A DNA stretch of 64,000 nt from Candidatus Multivorans sp. (GTDB taxonomy: Bacteria; Acidobacteriota; Thermoanaerobaculia; Multivoradales; Multivoraceae): contig OZ245033.1 in the NCBI GenBank assembly GCA_965224025.1, forward strand, positions 2,592,001 to 2,656,000. Direction: 5' to 3'. Shown here piece after piece: positions 29,165 to 38,003 of this stretch. The position numbers and the translations under genes are program-made. The stretch's first letter is position 1. Each line of letters begins with the position of its first letter. The notes beneath the pieces are model-generated. The model saw nothing but the letters and a program-made list of their open reading frames with translations. It was not told where the DNA came from and did not search any database.

Positions 29165-31575
29165 GCGTTGCACCAGCGGACCATCTCCGCGACCACGTGC
29201 AACACGGACTCCCGCGCCGCGTAGCCGTGGGATTCATGGGGCAGGGTGACGTAGCGCACCGCGGCGCCGTGGCCCTTCAGGGCCTGGTAGAAGCGCTCGG
29301 ACTGCATCGGGAAGGTCCCCGAGTTGTTGTCGATCTCGCCGTGGAGTAGGAGGATCGGCTCGTTCACCTTCTCGGCGTGGAAGAAGGGCGACATGGCCGC
29401 GTAGATGTGCTGGGCCTCCCAGAAGGTCCGGCGTTCGTTCTGGAAGCCAAAGGGTGTTAGCGAGCGGTTGTAGGCGCCGCTGCGGGCGATGCCGGCGGCG
29501 AAGAGGTCGGAGTGGGCGAGCAGGTTGGCGGTCATGAAGGCGCCGTAGCTGTGGCCTCCGACGGCGATCCGGTTGCGGTCGGCGACGCCGAGTTCGACGG
29601 CCTTGTCGATGGCCGCCGCCGCGCTGGCGACGAGCTGTTCGACGTAGGTGTCGTTGGCCGTCTCTCCCTCGCCGACGATCGGCATCGTTGGCCCGTCCAG
29701 GATCGCGTAGCCCTGGGTGAGGAGAAGCAGGTGCGTCGCGCCCCGCGGCCGGGTGAATCGGTGGGGCGAACCGCTGACCTGGCTGGCGGCGTCGGGATTC
29801 GTGTACTCGCGGGGATAGGCCCAGAGCAGCATCGGCGGCCTGTCGCCCTCGCGGTGGCCAGGCGGCAGGTAGAGAGTGGCGGAGAGGCCGGTGCCATCGG
29901 CGCGCTTGTAGGTGATGAGGCGCTTCTCGATCTGACGCAGGATGGGCGCCGGGTCGGTGAAGTCGGTCAGCGCCTTCCTGGCGCCGTTGGCCGTGTTGCG
30001 CACGAAGTAGTTCGGAGGCTCCGTTTTGCTCTCGCGGCGGGTGAGCAGTGTCCTGCCGTCGTCCGCGAGAACCGCGACCACGGTCTCGTAGGTCTCGGGT
30101 TCGGTGTGGAAGAGCCGCTTTGTCTCCAACGTCCGCAAGTCGAGCCGGTCGATGAACGGCCGGTCGCCTTCGGGCGATGCGCCGGCGCCGCTCAGGTAGA
30201 TCGAGTGCCCGTCCTGCAGAAGAGTGGCGCCGGCGGTTCCGCCGCCGGGGCGGCGGACCGGGAAGCCCGGATCGCCGTAGCGGTCCTCGGCGCTGCGATC
30301 GAACAGCGGCCGCGGCTCGTCGCCGCCGACGTCGAGCAGGGCGGTGCGGGTCCAGCGGGTCGGGCGGTCGTACTCGTTGACCAGCGCGGTGCCGTCGGCG
30401 GTCCAGGAGATGCCGCGGAACCGGTACTCGGTGCGGGTCAGTTCGCGCGGCTCGCCGTCGAAGGGCGCGGCGAGGGAGTAGACGTAGTCGCGATGCGGGA
30501 CATCGGCCTTCGGATCGCCGCCGTCCTGCGCTTCGCTCCAGACCAGGGTTGCCGGTTCGGTGGGATTCCATCGGTGGCCCCGGGGTCCTGTGGGAACACC
30601 GCCGATCGGTACGGCGTCCGCGAGAGGCAGCGTCGCGATGGTGGTCGCGCCGCCGTCGCGCGTCCAGACCTCCACCGAGCGGGCGAAGCGGTTGGCCGGG
30701 TGCAACCACGAGAACGGACGCTGCAGGCGCTCGACCAGCACGTGCCGACTGTCCGGCGCGGCCGAGACGCGGGCGTAGAGGCCCGGTTCGCCGATCGCCG
30801 TTCGGGCCCCCGTGGCCAGATCGACAGTCTTGAGCTGACTCGTGAAGTGGTACTCGAACAGGGCTTCGTCGTAGGGGTTGCTCAGCAGGTCCTGGTAGGT
30901 GCGCACCGGCGCGGCGCGTCCGTCCGCGTGTTCCTGGATGTTCGGGCCGTTCGGTTGGCGCGGCGGCGCTTCCGGCGTTCCGCGGGCGGCTCGCCGGAAG
31001 CGGCAGAGCACGCCGGTCGAGTCGAAGAGCCATTGGCAGGGGTTGCCCCAGGTGGCGTTGAGCGACGCGACGGTCAGCGGCCGCGGGCGGCCAGTCGCCA
31101 GGTCAACTGCCCAGAGTTCGATCCCGGTGTCTCGGAGGACCGCGTAGGAGAGGTGCGAGCCATCCGGAGAGAATTCCGGCCAGCCGAGGGTCGTGCCTCG
31201 CGGCGCGTCGATACGCACGCCATCGTCGCCGGCGCCCGCTTCGTTGACGACAGCGTCGAGGCGGCGGATCGTCAGCGCCGCAATCTCCGGCGCCCGCCAG
31301 GGGCCGCTGTTCCGCGGATCGATCCGGTAGCCGGCCAACCGTTCCAGCGGCCGCGCCAGCCACCCGATCGGCGGCATGCTCCGCTGCTCGATCAGCATGA
31401 TCACGTCGCGCGTCGGTCCGACGAGAACGCCTGGCGTCGGCGGTGCGTCGAGAATGTCGACGATCTCCCGCGGGGGTGTGAGATAGCCGTTTTCAGCGAC
31501 GCCGGCCTGGGCGGCAGCCGAAGCGCTGGCCGCAAACAGGATGGCCGGCAAGGTGACGACGGTAGTGAGCTTCAT
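29125..31575 (-). CDS. S9 family (prolyl oligopeptidase-like) peptidase
   Basis: Signal peptide; GGHSYGA serine, DNNSGT, ESHGY. Confidence 0.92.
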   Translation of the reverse strand: MKLTTVVTLPAILFAASASAAAQAGVAENGYLTPPREIVDILDAPPTPGVLVGPTRDVIMLIEQRSMPPIGWLARPLERLAGYRIDPRNSGPWRAPEIAALTIRRLDAVVNEAGAGDDGVRIDAPRGTTLGWPEFSPDGSHLSYAVLRDTGIELWAVDLATGRPRPLTVASLNATWGNPCQWLFDSTGVLCRFRRAARGTPEAPPRQPNGPNIQEHADGRAAPVRTYQDLLSNPYDEALFEYHFTSQLKTVDLATGARTAIGEPGLYARVSAAPDSRHVLVERLQRPFSWLHPANRFARSVEVWTRDGGATTIATLPLADAVPIGGVPTGPRGHRWNPTEPATLVWSEAQDGGDPKADVPHRDYVYSLAAPFDGEPRELTRTEYRFRGISWTADGTALVNEYDRPTRWTRTALLDVGGDEPRPLFDRSAEDRYGDPGFPVRRPGGGTAGATLLQDGHSIYLSGAGASPEGDRPFIDRLDLRTLETKRLFHTEPETYETVVAVLADDGRTLLTRRESKTEPPNYFVRNTANGARKALTDFTDPAPILRQIEKRLITYKRADGTGLSATLYLPPGHREGDRPPMLLWAYPREYTNPDAASQVSGSPHRFTRPRGATHLLLLTQGYAILDGPTMPIVGEGETANDTYVEQLVASAAAAIDKAVELGVADRNRIAVGGHSYGAFMTANLLAHSDLFAAGIARSGAYNRSLTPFGFQNERRTFWEAQHIYAAMSPFFHAEKVNEPILLLHGEIDNNSGTFPMQSERFYQALKGHGAAVRYVTLPHESHGYAARESVLHVVAEMVRWCNAYLGEGRKARTSK

Positions 31576-31638
31576 GACGGGTTCCTCATCGGTAGTCGCG
31601 GAGCATTATCGTCCATCGCCTGTTGCCGGATCCGTCCC

Positions 31639-31674
31639 TTGACCCAACTGGAGAAACTGGTCTAAGGTGGACCA
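31639..31674 (+). promoter_or_regulatory. Putative sigma70 promoter and operator of the TA pair
   Basis: TTGACC-N18-TAAGGT, with tggtc/gacca inverted repeat flanking the -10. Confidence 0.45.
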
Positions 31675-31705
31675 CATTGGTGAGGAACCCCTGAGGAGAG
31701 TCCCC

Positions 31706-32005
31706 ATGGCCATTGGCCCCGATTCTGAACGAGCTTGGACCATCGCTGAGGCCAAGGCGCGACTGTCGGAGATTCTTCGCCTCGCGGAGGAGGAAGGGCC
31801 CCAACAGATCGGCAAGCGCAACACGTTCGTCGTCGTTCCGAAGCGCGAGTGGGAGCGCCGCTCGACGCCGCAGAAGCCGCTGGGCCAGTGGTTGGTGGAG
31901 AACATGCCTCGTGGCATCGAACTAGAGCTTCCCGACCGGAAGAACGAGCCGGAGCGGGAGATTCCCTTCCAGACCGACGACTGGGATTGGGAGAACTGGG
32001 AGTGA
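31706..32005 (+). CDS. Phd/YefM family antitoxin
   Basis: WTIAEAKARLSEILRLA..EGPQQI. Confidence 0.87.
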   Translation: MAIGPDSERAWTIAEAKARLSEILRLAEEEGPQQIGKRNTFVVVPKREWERRSTPQKPLGQWLVENMPRGIELELPDRKNEPEREIPFQTDDWDWENWE

Positions 32006-32421
32006 GGGGGTTCCTTCTCGACACGAATGTCGTCTCCGAGATGGCCAAGCCGGCGCCCGACCTGCAAGTCGTGGCGTTCCTGAACTCCGGAGGTGATCTC
32101 TGGCTTTCGACCATGGTCGTTCATGAACTGGATTTCGGTTTGCGCCTGCTTCCCGCGGGACGGCGTCGACGCCAGCTCGGCCACGCGCTGGCGGCGATCC
32201 AGGCGCAGTATGAGAACTGCCTGATCGCTATCGGTCGCCGAGAGGCCAGACTGGCGGCGAGGCTGCGCGCACAAGCCAGGAGGTCCGGCCGGACGCCGGG
32301 CGTCGCGGATGCGCTGATCGCCGGGACGGCGGCCGTGCACGACCTCGCCGTTGCGACCAGAAACATCTCCGACTTCGACAGCCTGGACATCGACGTCGTC
32401 AGTCCGTGGGAGCCCTTGTGA
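32002..32421 (+). CDS. vapC: PIN-domain toxin (VapC)
   Basis: FLLDTNVVSE, ADALIAGTA, ATRNISDF; GTGA overlap with the antitoxin. Confidence 0.9.
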   Translation: MRGFLLDTNVVSEMAKPAPDLQVVAFLNSGGDLWLSTMVVHELDFGLRLLPAGRRRRQLGHALAAIQAQYENCLIAIGRREARLAARLRAQARRSGRTPGVADALIAGTAAVHDLAVATRNISDFDSLDIDVVSPWEPL

Positions 32422-35400
32422 ACTCCCACCTCCAGGAAGCGATCCAGGCCCTTGCGGCCATGGACATCGAGGACGCCGAAGATCCGCGTCAGACCCTGGC
32501 GCTGGCCCAGCGCGACATCCTGCGCGAGTTTGCGCCGGCGTACATGCGGTGGCTCGACGCACACGCGGAGGCGGAGGAGGGTCTGTTCCCGGTCGAGGAG
32601 GAATCGGCCGACGAGCAGCGCGCACGGATGTGGGTACTCCGGCCGAAGCCGGACGAGGACATGCGCCGCTGGCTGCGCTTCCTGCGTTACCGGGAGCTGA
32701 TCCGGGTCGCCGTCTCGGACTTCAGCGGCCTCGACGACTTCGACACGACGACGGCGAAGATCTCCCAGGTCGCGGATGTCTGCGTGCAGCGCGCGCTCGA
32801 GGCGACGGGACTCGATCGGGAGCCGTTCGCGGTCATCGCGATGGGCAAGTGGGGCGGTCTGGAGGTCAACTACAGCTCGGACATCGACGCGATCTTCGTG
32901 GCCTCGGACGATGTCGACCAGGAGGCCCTGCACCGTCTTCAGCGGCTGGCGCCGAAACTGATCCGGCTGATCTCCGACAACACGGCGGACGGGTTCGTGT
33001 TCCGCGTCGACATGCGTCTGCGTCCCGAGGGGAAGATGGGCCCCCTGGTGCGCACGGTGGGGCAGTACCTCCGCTTCTACGAGCGCTACGGGATGACCTG
33101 GACCTTCCAGGCGCTGATCAAGGCGCGGTTCGCCGGCGGCGACGCGGCGGCGGCCAAGAGCCTGATCGACGGAACGCGGCGCTTCGTCTTCAATCCGGAG
33201 AGGCCGCCCGAGACACTGTTGCGCGAAGTCTTCGAGATGAAGCAGATGATCGAGAAGTCGCTCCGTTCCCGCGGCACGGACATCGGCAACGTGAAGCTCG
33301 GCGCCGGCAGCATCCGCGACATCGAGTTCATCGTCCAGTTGCTTCAGCTTTACCAAGGCGCCGCCAACCGCGGTCTCCGCTCAGCCAACACGCTGCGGGC
33401 GATGGCGCGGCTCCGGTCGCACCGCGTCATCACGGATGACGAGCACGACGAGTTGCACGAGGCATACGTCTTCTTGCGGGTGGTGGAACACGTGCTCCAG
33501 TTGGAGCGGGATCTCCCCGTGCGCCAACTGCCGCAGGATCCGAAACAGTGGGCGACGTTCCAGTGGCGCGTGGCCTTCGCCCTGCGCCAGCCGCTGGACA
33601 CGCTCGATCTCGGCCCTCGCTACGAGGAGACGGCGGCCACGGTGCGCCGCATCTTCGGCGAGTTCTTCGAGGAGACGATCGAACTCCTCGAGCGCAAGCA
33701 GCAGGTCCGCGAGCTGTGCCCGGACCTGCCTGCCGAGGTCGTCGACGAGCACTTCAGGCGGCTGGAGAGAGGCTACTTCCTGAGCTTCGCGGTCGAGGAC
33801 GTGGCGCGCCACCTGGAGATGATCCAGGAACTCGATGCCGATCGGCTGTGCCGGGTCGATGTGCGCTGCGTCGGCTCGACCCGGCGGGTGACCGTGGTCG
33901 CAAACGACTACCAGGGTGAGTTCGCCAAGATCTGCGGACTGCTCGCGGCCTACGGCCAGTCGATCCTGAGCGGCAGTTCCTACACCTACCAGGATGTCGG
34001 CGACGTCGGACTCTACCGGCGGCCCCGGCGAACTCGGCGGCGCCTGCCCGAGCGGTCCCAGGACCGGCGCCGGCGGCGCAGGACTCCGCCGCCGCCGCGA
34101 AGAAAGCAAGGCCCGACGCGGATCGTGTACTCGGCCGATGTGCAACCGGCGCCGGAACGGTCGACTGAGGTGTTTTCCTGGACCGAGTTCGAGCGGGACC
34201 TGAACCGGTTGCTGGCGCTCCTGGAGAAGGGCGATGCGCGCCGCGCCAACGAGGAACTGACCCTGCGGGTCATGGAGGCGGCGCGGCGGATGGACCTCGG
34301 CGCCGAGGCGGACCGGGTCCTGCCGCCGATTGCCATCTCGGTCGACAACGAGTCGGACGAGAACTGCACGATTCTCGAGATTCGAAGCCCGGACAGCTTC
34401 ATGTTCCTGTTCGAGTTCGCCACCGTCCTCTCGACCCGGGACTACTGGATCGACAAGGTCGAGTTCGACACGGTGGACGGCGAGGTGCGCGACCGCCTGT
34501 TCGTGACCACCCGGCGCGGCGGGAAGATCGAAGATCGGGTCGCCGTCGACAATCTGCGTCTCACGGTGACCCTGATGAAGCAGTTCGCGCACCGGCTGGC
34601 GGTGGCGCCGAACCCGCACCTGGCTCTGCGCCAGTTCGGGGCGCTGATCGACGCCGCGTGCGAACAGGTTGCCGATCCGACCCAGGCGCTGGCGTCGTCG
34701 CTGGACGAACTGGCGCGGGTCCTTGGGGCCGGCACCTACCTCTGGGAGGAGTTCCTGCGCCGGCAACACGAGAACCTGATGCCGCTGCTCGCCAACATGG
34801 CCGACCTCGACTTCGGCGCCGACAGAGGAGAGCTGGAGCGCCGGCTGGACGCGGCGCTCGAAGGCCAGGACAAGCCGGACGACGTTCTCAACCGATTCAA
34901 GGACGACGAGATCGGACGCATCGACATGCGCCACCTGACGCGCAGGATCGAGCGCTTCAGCGACTTCGGCGCCGAACTCTCGACCCTCTCCGACGTGGTG
35001 CTCACGCGGGGCGCCGAGGAGGCGGTGGCCGAGGTCGCGGCCGGCGGACCGGCGCCCGGAGCGTGGTCTCTGTGCGCGCTCGGCAAGTGGGGCGGACGCG
35101 ATCTCGGCTACGCCTCGGACATCGAGCTCATGTTCGTCTGGGATGCCGAAGGGTCGGAGCAGGGCCGGGCCGGGGAACTCTACGAGCGCGCGGCGATGCG
35201 CTTGGCGCGCCTGATCCGCGCCAAACGGGACGGGATCTTCGAGCTGGACTGGCGTCTGCGCCCCGGCGGTTCGTCCTCGCCGCTATCGGCGTCGTTCCAG
35301 CGGTTCTCCTCGTACTACAGCTTTGACGGTGACGCCGACCCCTACGAACGTCAGGCGCTGGTTCGGCTCCGCGCGGTTGCGGGCGATCCGGCGCTGTGCG

Positions 35401-35906
35401 CCCGCATCGAGGCGCACCGGCGGGACTACGTATTCGATCCGCGGCCGCACGACGTGGCGCGCATCCTGCACCTGCGGAACCGTCAACGATCCGAACTCAC
35501 GGCGCCCGGCACGACGAACGCGAAGTTCAGCGCCGGCGGCCTGCTTGACGCCGAGTACTTGGTGCAGGTGCGGCAGATCGCGGCCGGCGCGGACGACCCC
35601 GGAGTGCGTCAGACGAACACGCTGGAGGCGGTCAGGGCGCTCTACGAGGGTGGCCACGTTTCGGGCGACGAACTCGAGCAGGTCGAGGCGGGATACCGGT
35701 TGCTGAGAGCGGTGATCAACTGCCTGCGCATCGTCCGCGGCCACAGCAAGGATCTGGTCATACCCGCCCGGCGGACCAGCGAGTTCCAGTTCCTGGCTCG
35801 GCGCCTGCACAGCCTGGGTCAGTTGCCGGACGAAGAGGGCGCCTGGGACCTGATCGCCGGGCGGATGGGCAGCCTGCAGCGTCTCTTCGACGGCCTTTCG
35901 GGCTGA
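32418..35906 (+). CDS. glnE: Glutamine synthetase adenylyltransferase/removase with internal GlnD-like ACT domains
   Basis: Two nucleotidyltransferase motifs (MGKWGGLEVNYSSDID; LGKWGGRDLGYASDIE), DMRLRPEG and DWRLRPGG, NVKLGAGSIRDIEF; central ACT-like pair. Confidence 0.9.
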   Translation: MNSHLQEAIQALAAMDIEDAEDPRQTLALAQRDILREFAPAYMRWLDAHAEAEEGLFPVEEESADEQRARMWVLRPKPDEDMRRWLRFLRYRELIRVAVSDFSGLDDFDTTTAKISQVADVCVQRALEATGLDREPFAVIAMGKWGGLEVNYSSDIDAIFVASDDVDQEALHRLQRLAPKLIRLISDNTADGFVFRVDMRLRPEGKMGPLVRTVGQYLRFYERYGMTWTFQALIKARFAGGDAAAAKSLIDGTRRFVFNPERPPETLLREVFEMKQMIEKSLRSRGTDIGNVKLGAGSIRDIEFIVQLLQLYQGAANRGLRSANTLRAMARLRSHRVITDDEHDELHEAYVFLRVVEHVLQLERDLPVRQLPQDPKQWATFQWRVAFALRQPLDTLDLGPRYEETAATVRRIFGEFFEETIELLERKQQVRELCPDLPAEVVDEHFRRLERGYFLSFAVEDVARHLEMIQELDADRLCRVDVRCVGSTRRVTVVANDYQGEFAKICGLLAAYGQSILSGSSYTYQDVGDVGLYRRPRRTRRRLPERSQDRRRRRRTPPPPRRKQGPTRIVYSADVQPAPERSTEVFSWTEFERDLNRLLALLEKGDARRANEELTLRVMEAARRMDLGAEADRVLPPIAISVDNESDENCTILEIRSPDSFMFLFEFATVLSTRDYWIDKVEFDTVDGEVRDRLFVTTRRGGKIEDRVAVDNLRLTVTLMKQFAHRLAVAPNPHLALRQFGALIDAACEQVADPTQALASSLDELARVLGAGTYLWEEFLRRQHENLMPLLANMADLDFGADRGELERRLDAALEGQDKPDDVLNRFKDDEIGRIDMRHLTRRIERFSDFGAELSTLSDVVLTRGAEEAVAEVAAGGPAPGAWSLCALGKWGGRDLGYASDIELMFVWDAEGSEQGRAGELYERAAMRLARLIRAKRDGIFELDWRLRPGGSSSPLSASFQRFSSYYSFDGDADPYERQALVRLRAVAGDPALCARIEAHRRDYVFDPRPHDVARILHLRNRQRSELTAPGTTNAKFSAGGLLDAEYLVQVRQIAAGADDPGVRQTNTLEAVRALYEGGHVSGDELEQVEAGYRLLRAVINCLRIVRGHSKDLVIPARRTSEFQFLARRLHSLGQLPDEEGAWDLIAGRMGSLQRLFDGLSG

Positions 35907-35951
35907 GCGTCCGGCGCCCATGGAGAGAAGCGCGCCGGGGAGCGCGCCAGG

Positions 35952-36293
35952 TCAGCCGATCGCGACGTTTCCGGTTTCGCCCGTGCGAATGCGGATGGTC
36001 TCTTCGAGCGGCAGGACGAAGATCTTGCCGTCACCGACATTGCCGGTCTTGGCGCCCCGTGTGATCGCATCGATCACCAGGTCGACATAGTCCTCGTTGA
36101 CCGCAATCTCGATCTTGAGCTTGCGCAGCAGAGCGCCGGCCTCCTTGTGGCCGCGGTAGACCTCGGAAACCCCCCGCTGGCGACCGCGCCCCATGACGTT
36201 GGAGACGGTCAACAGGTGGATCTCCCGCTCTTGCAGGAGATCGAGAACCTCCTGCATCCGGTCGGGCTGAACGATGGCCACGATGTACTTCAT
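35952..36293 (-). CDS. glnK: P-II nitrogen regulator
   Basis: GRGRQ, YRG, TGNVGDGKIFV, IRIRTGETG; directly downstream of amtB. Confidence 0.93.
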   Translation of the reverse strand: MKYIVAIVQPDRMQEVLDLLQEREIHLLTVSNVMGRGRQRGVSEVYRGHKEAGALLRKLKIEIAVNEDYVDLVIDAITRGAKTGNVGDGKIFVLPLEETIRIRTGETGNVAIG

Positions 36294-36303
36294 GTCATTC
36301 CTC

Positions 36304-37644
36304 CTAGTCCACCAGGGTGTAAGCGTTTTCGCGGTGGTCGGTGAGGTCGAGACCGATCCGCTCTTCGTCGTCGCTGACACGGAGTCCGATGATCAGGTCG
36401 ATGACCTTGAGCAGAATGAAGGACACGACCGCCGCCCAGACGATGGTGTAGGCGATTGCCTTGAGTTGGATCGCGACCTGACCGGCGTTGCCGTAGAACA
36501 GCCCGTTCGCGTCGTTGCCGGGCACCACGTCCGTGGCCCAGAGGCCGGCCGCAATCGCGCCCCACATGCCGGCGATGCCGTGGACACCGAAGACGTCCAG
36601 CGAGTCGTCGTAGCCGAGCTTCGCCTTGAGCCAGGTGACCGCGAGGTACGCGAACAACGAGGCGCCGGCGCCGACGCCGATCGCGCCGATCGCGCTGACC
36701 GAACCGGAGGCCGGAGTGATCGCCACGAGTCCGGCGATGGCGCCGGTGATGGTGCCCAGGAGCGTCGGCTTGGAGTCGCGGATCCAGTCGATCAGGCCCC
36801 AGGCGGCCGCCGCTGCCGCGGTCGCCACCTGGGTGACGACGAAGGCGTTGGCTGCCGAGCCGTTGGCCGCCACGGCGCTGCCGGCGTTGAAGCCGAACCA
36901 GCCGAACCAGAGCAGGCCGGTGCCGAGGACGGCGAAGGGCAGGTTGTGCGGAGGCGAGGCGTGGTCCGGATAGCCCTTGCGGCGGCCGAGAACGAGCGCC
37001 GCGACGAGGGCCGAGACGCCGGCGTTGATGTGAACGACGGTGCCGCCGGCAAAGTCGAGGGCGCCGTCGCCGCCGAGGCCGAAGAAGCCCTCGGCGCCGC
37101 CCCAGACCCAGTGGCAGATCGGGGCGTAGACCACCAGCAGCCAGGCACTCATGAACAGGCAGATGGCGCTGAACTTCATCCGTTCCGCGAAGGCGCCGAT
37201 CATGAGAGCGGGCGTGATGATCGCGAACATGCCCTGGAAGATCATGAACAGCGGCGCCGGAATGCCGGTGCCGTCCCAGGCGTCGTAGCCCAGGTTGGCG
37301 AGCAGGAAGTAGTCGCCGCCGCCGATCACGCCGCCGAGGGCGTCTGAGCCGAACGCGAGACTGAAGCCGACGACGACCCAGAGCACGGTCATCAGGCCCA
37401 TGCACAGGAAGCACTGCATGAGGATCGAGAGGACGTTCTTTCGCCGGACCAGCCCGCCGTAGAAGAACGCCAGTCCCGGCGTCATCAGCAGCACCAGGGC
37501 GCTGGCGGTCAGCATCCATGCCGTGTCGCCGCTGTCCACGCCTTCCTGTGCCGCGGCCGGCGCGGCGCCGAACAGAGCCAGCACCAGGGTGAGTCCCAGG
37601 GCCGAACCCAGACCGATGGTTCGACCGCGAATTCTGAAGCTCAT
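36304..37644 (-). CDS. amtB: Ammonium transporter
   Basis: LMTPGLAFFYGG, DFAGGTVVHINAG, LWFGWFGFNAGS, DDSLDVFGVHG. Confidence 0.97.
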   Translation of the reverse strand: MSFRIRGRTIGLGSALGLTLVLALFGAAPAAAQEGVDSGDTAWMLTASALVLLMTPGLAFFYGGLVRRKNVLSILMQCFLCMGLMTVLWVVVGFSLAFGSDALGGVIGGGDYFLLANLGYDAWDGTGIPAPLFMIFQGMFAIITPALMIGAFAERMKFSAICLFMSAWLLVVYAPICHWVWGGAEGFFGLGGDGALDFAGGTVVHINAGVSALVAALVLGRRKGYPDHASPPHNLPFAVLGTGLLWFGWFGFNAGSAVAANGSAANAFVVTQVATAAAAAAWGLIDWIRDSKPTLLGTITGAIAGLVAITPASGSVSAIGAIGVGAGASLFAYLAVTWLKAKLGYDDSLDVFGVHGIAGMWGAIAAGLWATDVVPGNDANGLFYGNAGQVAIQLKAIAYTIVWAAVVSFILLKVIDLIIGLRVSDDEERIGLDLTDHRENAYTLVD

Positions 37645-37760
37645 GCGAGTCCCTCCTCTTCGTTTGATCCGCCCGGCTGATCATCTCGGCCCGCGCTTCT
37701 TCTGCGGCGTGGGAGAGGTCAGGTTTCCGGAACTGACGTCCAGGCTTGCCGCGCTCCTGT

Positions 37761-37777
37761 ATCCAGAACCGTGCCAA
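37761..37777 (-). promoter_or_regulatory. Possible sigma54 promoter for amtB-glnK
   Basis: TTGGCACGGTTCTGGAT: perfect -24 TGGCACG, non-canonical GA at -12. Confidence 0.35.
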
Positions 37778-38003
37778 GCGGGCGGAGGCGCTTGGGCCGC
37801 GCCGGGAAGTGCGGACGCGAGACCGCGGCAATGCCCGCAAACCCGCGCGCAGCCGCGAGTTGGCGGCGGATCGAGGAAGTGGCGATGGGGCTCGATGGGG
37901 GCGCCGGTTCCGGGTCAGGCTGCCGGCGCGCCGCCCCGGACGAACATTCCTGTTCGGCTCGGGGAGGGCGTGCGACAGAACTGTAACGCCGGCAGGATCG
38001 GGC

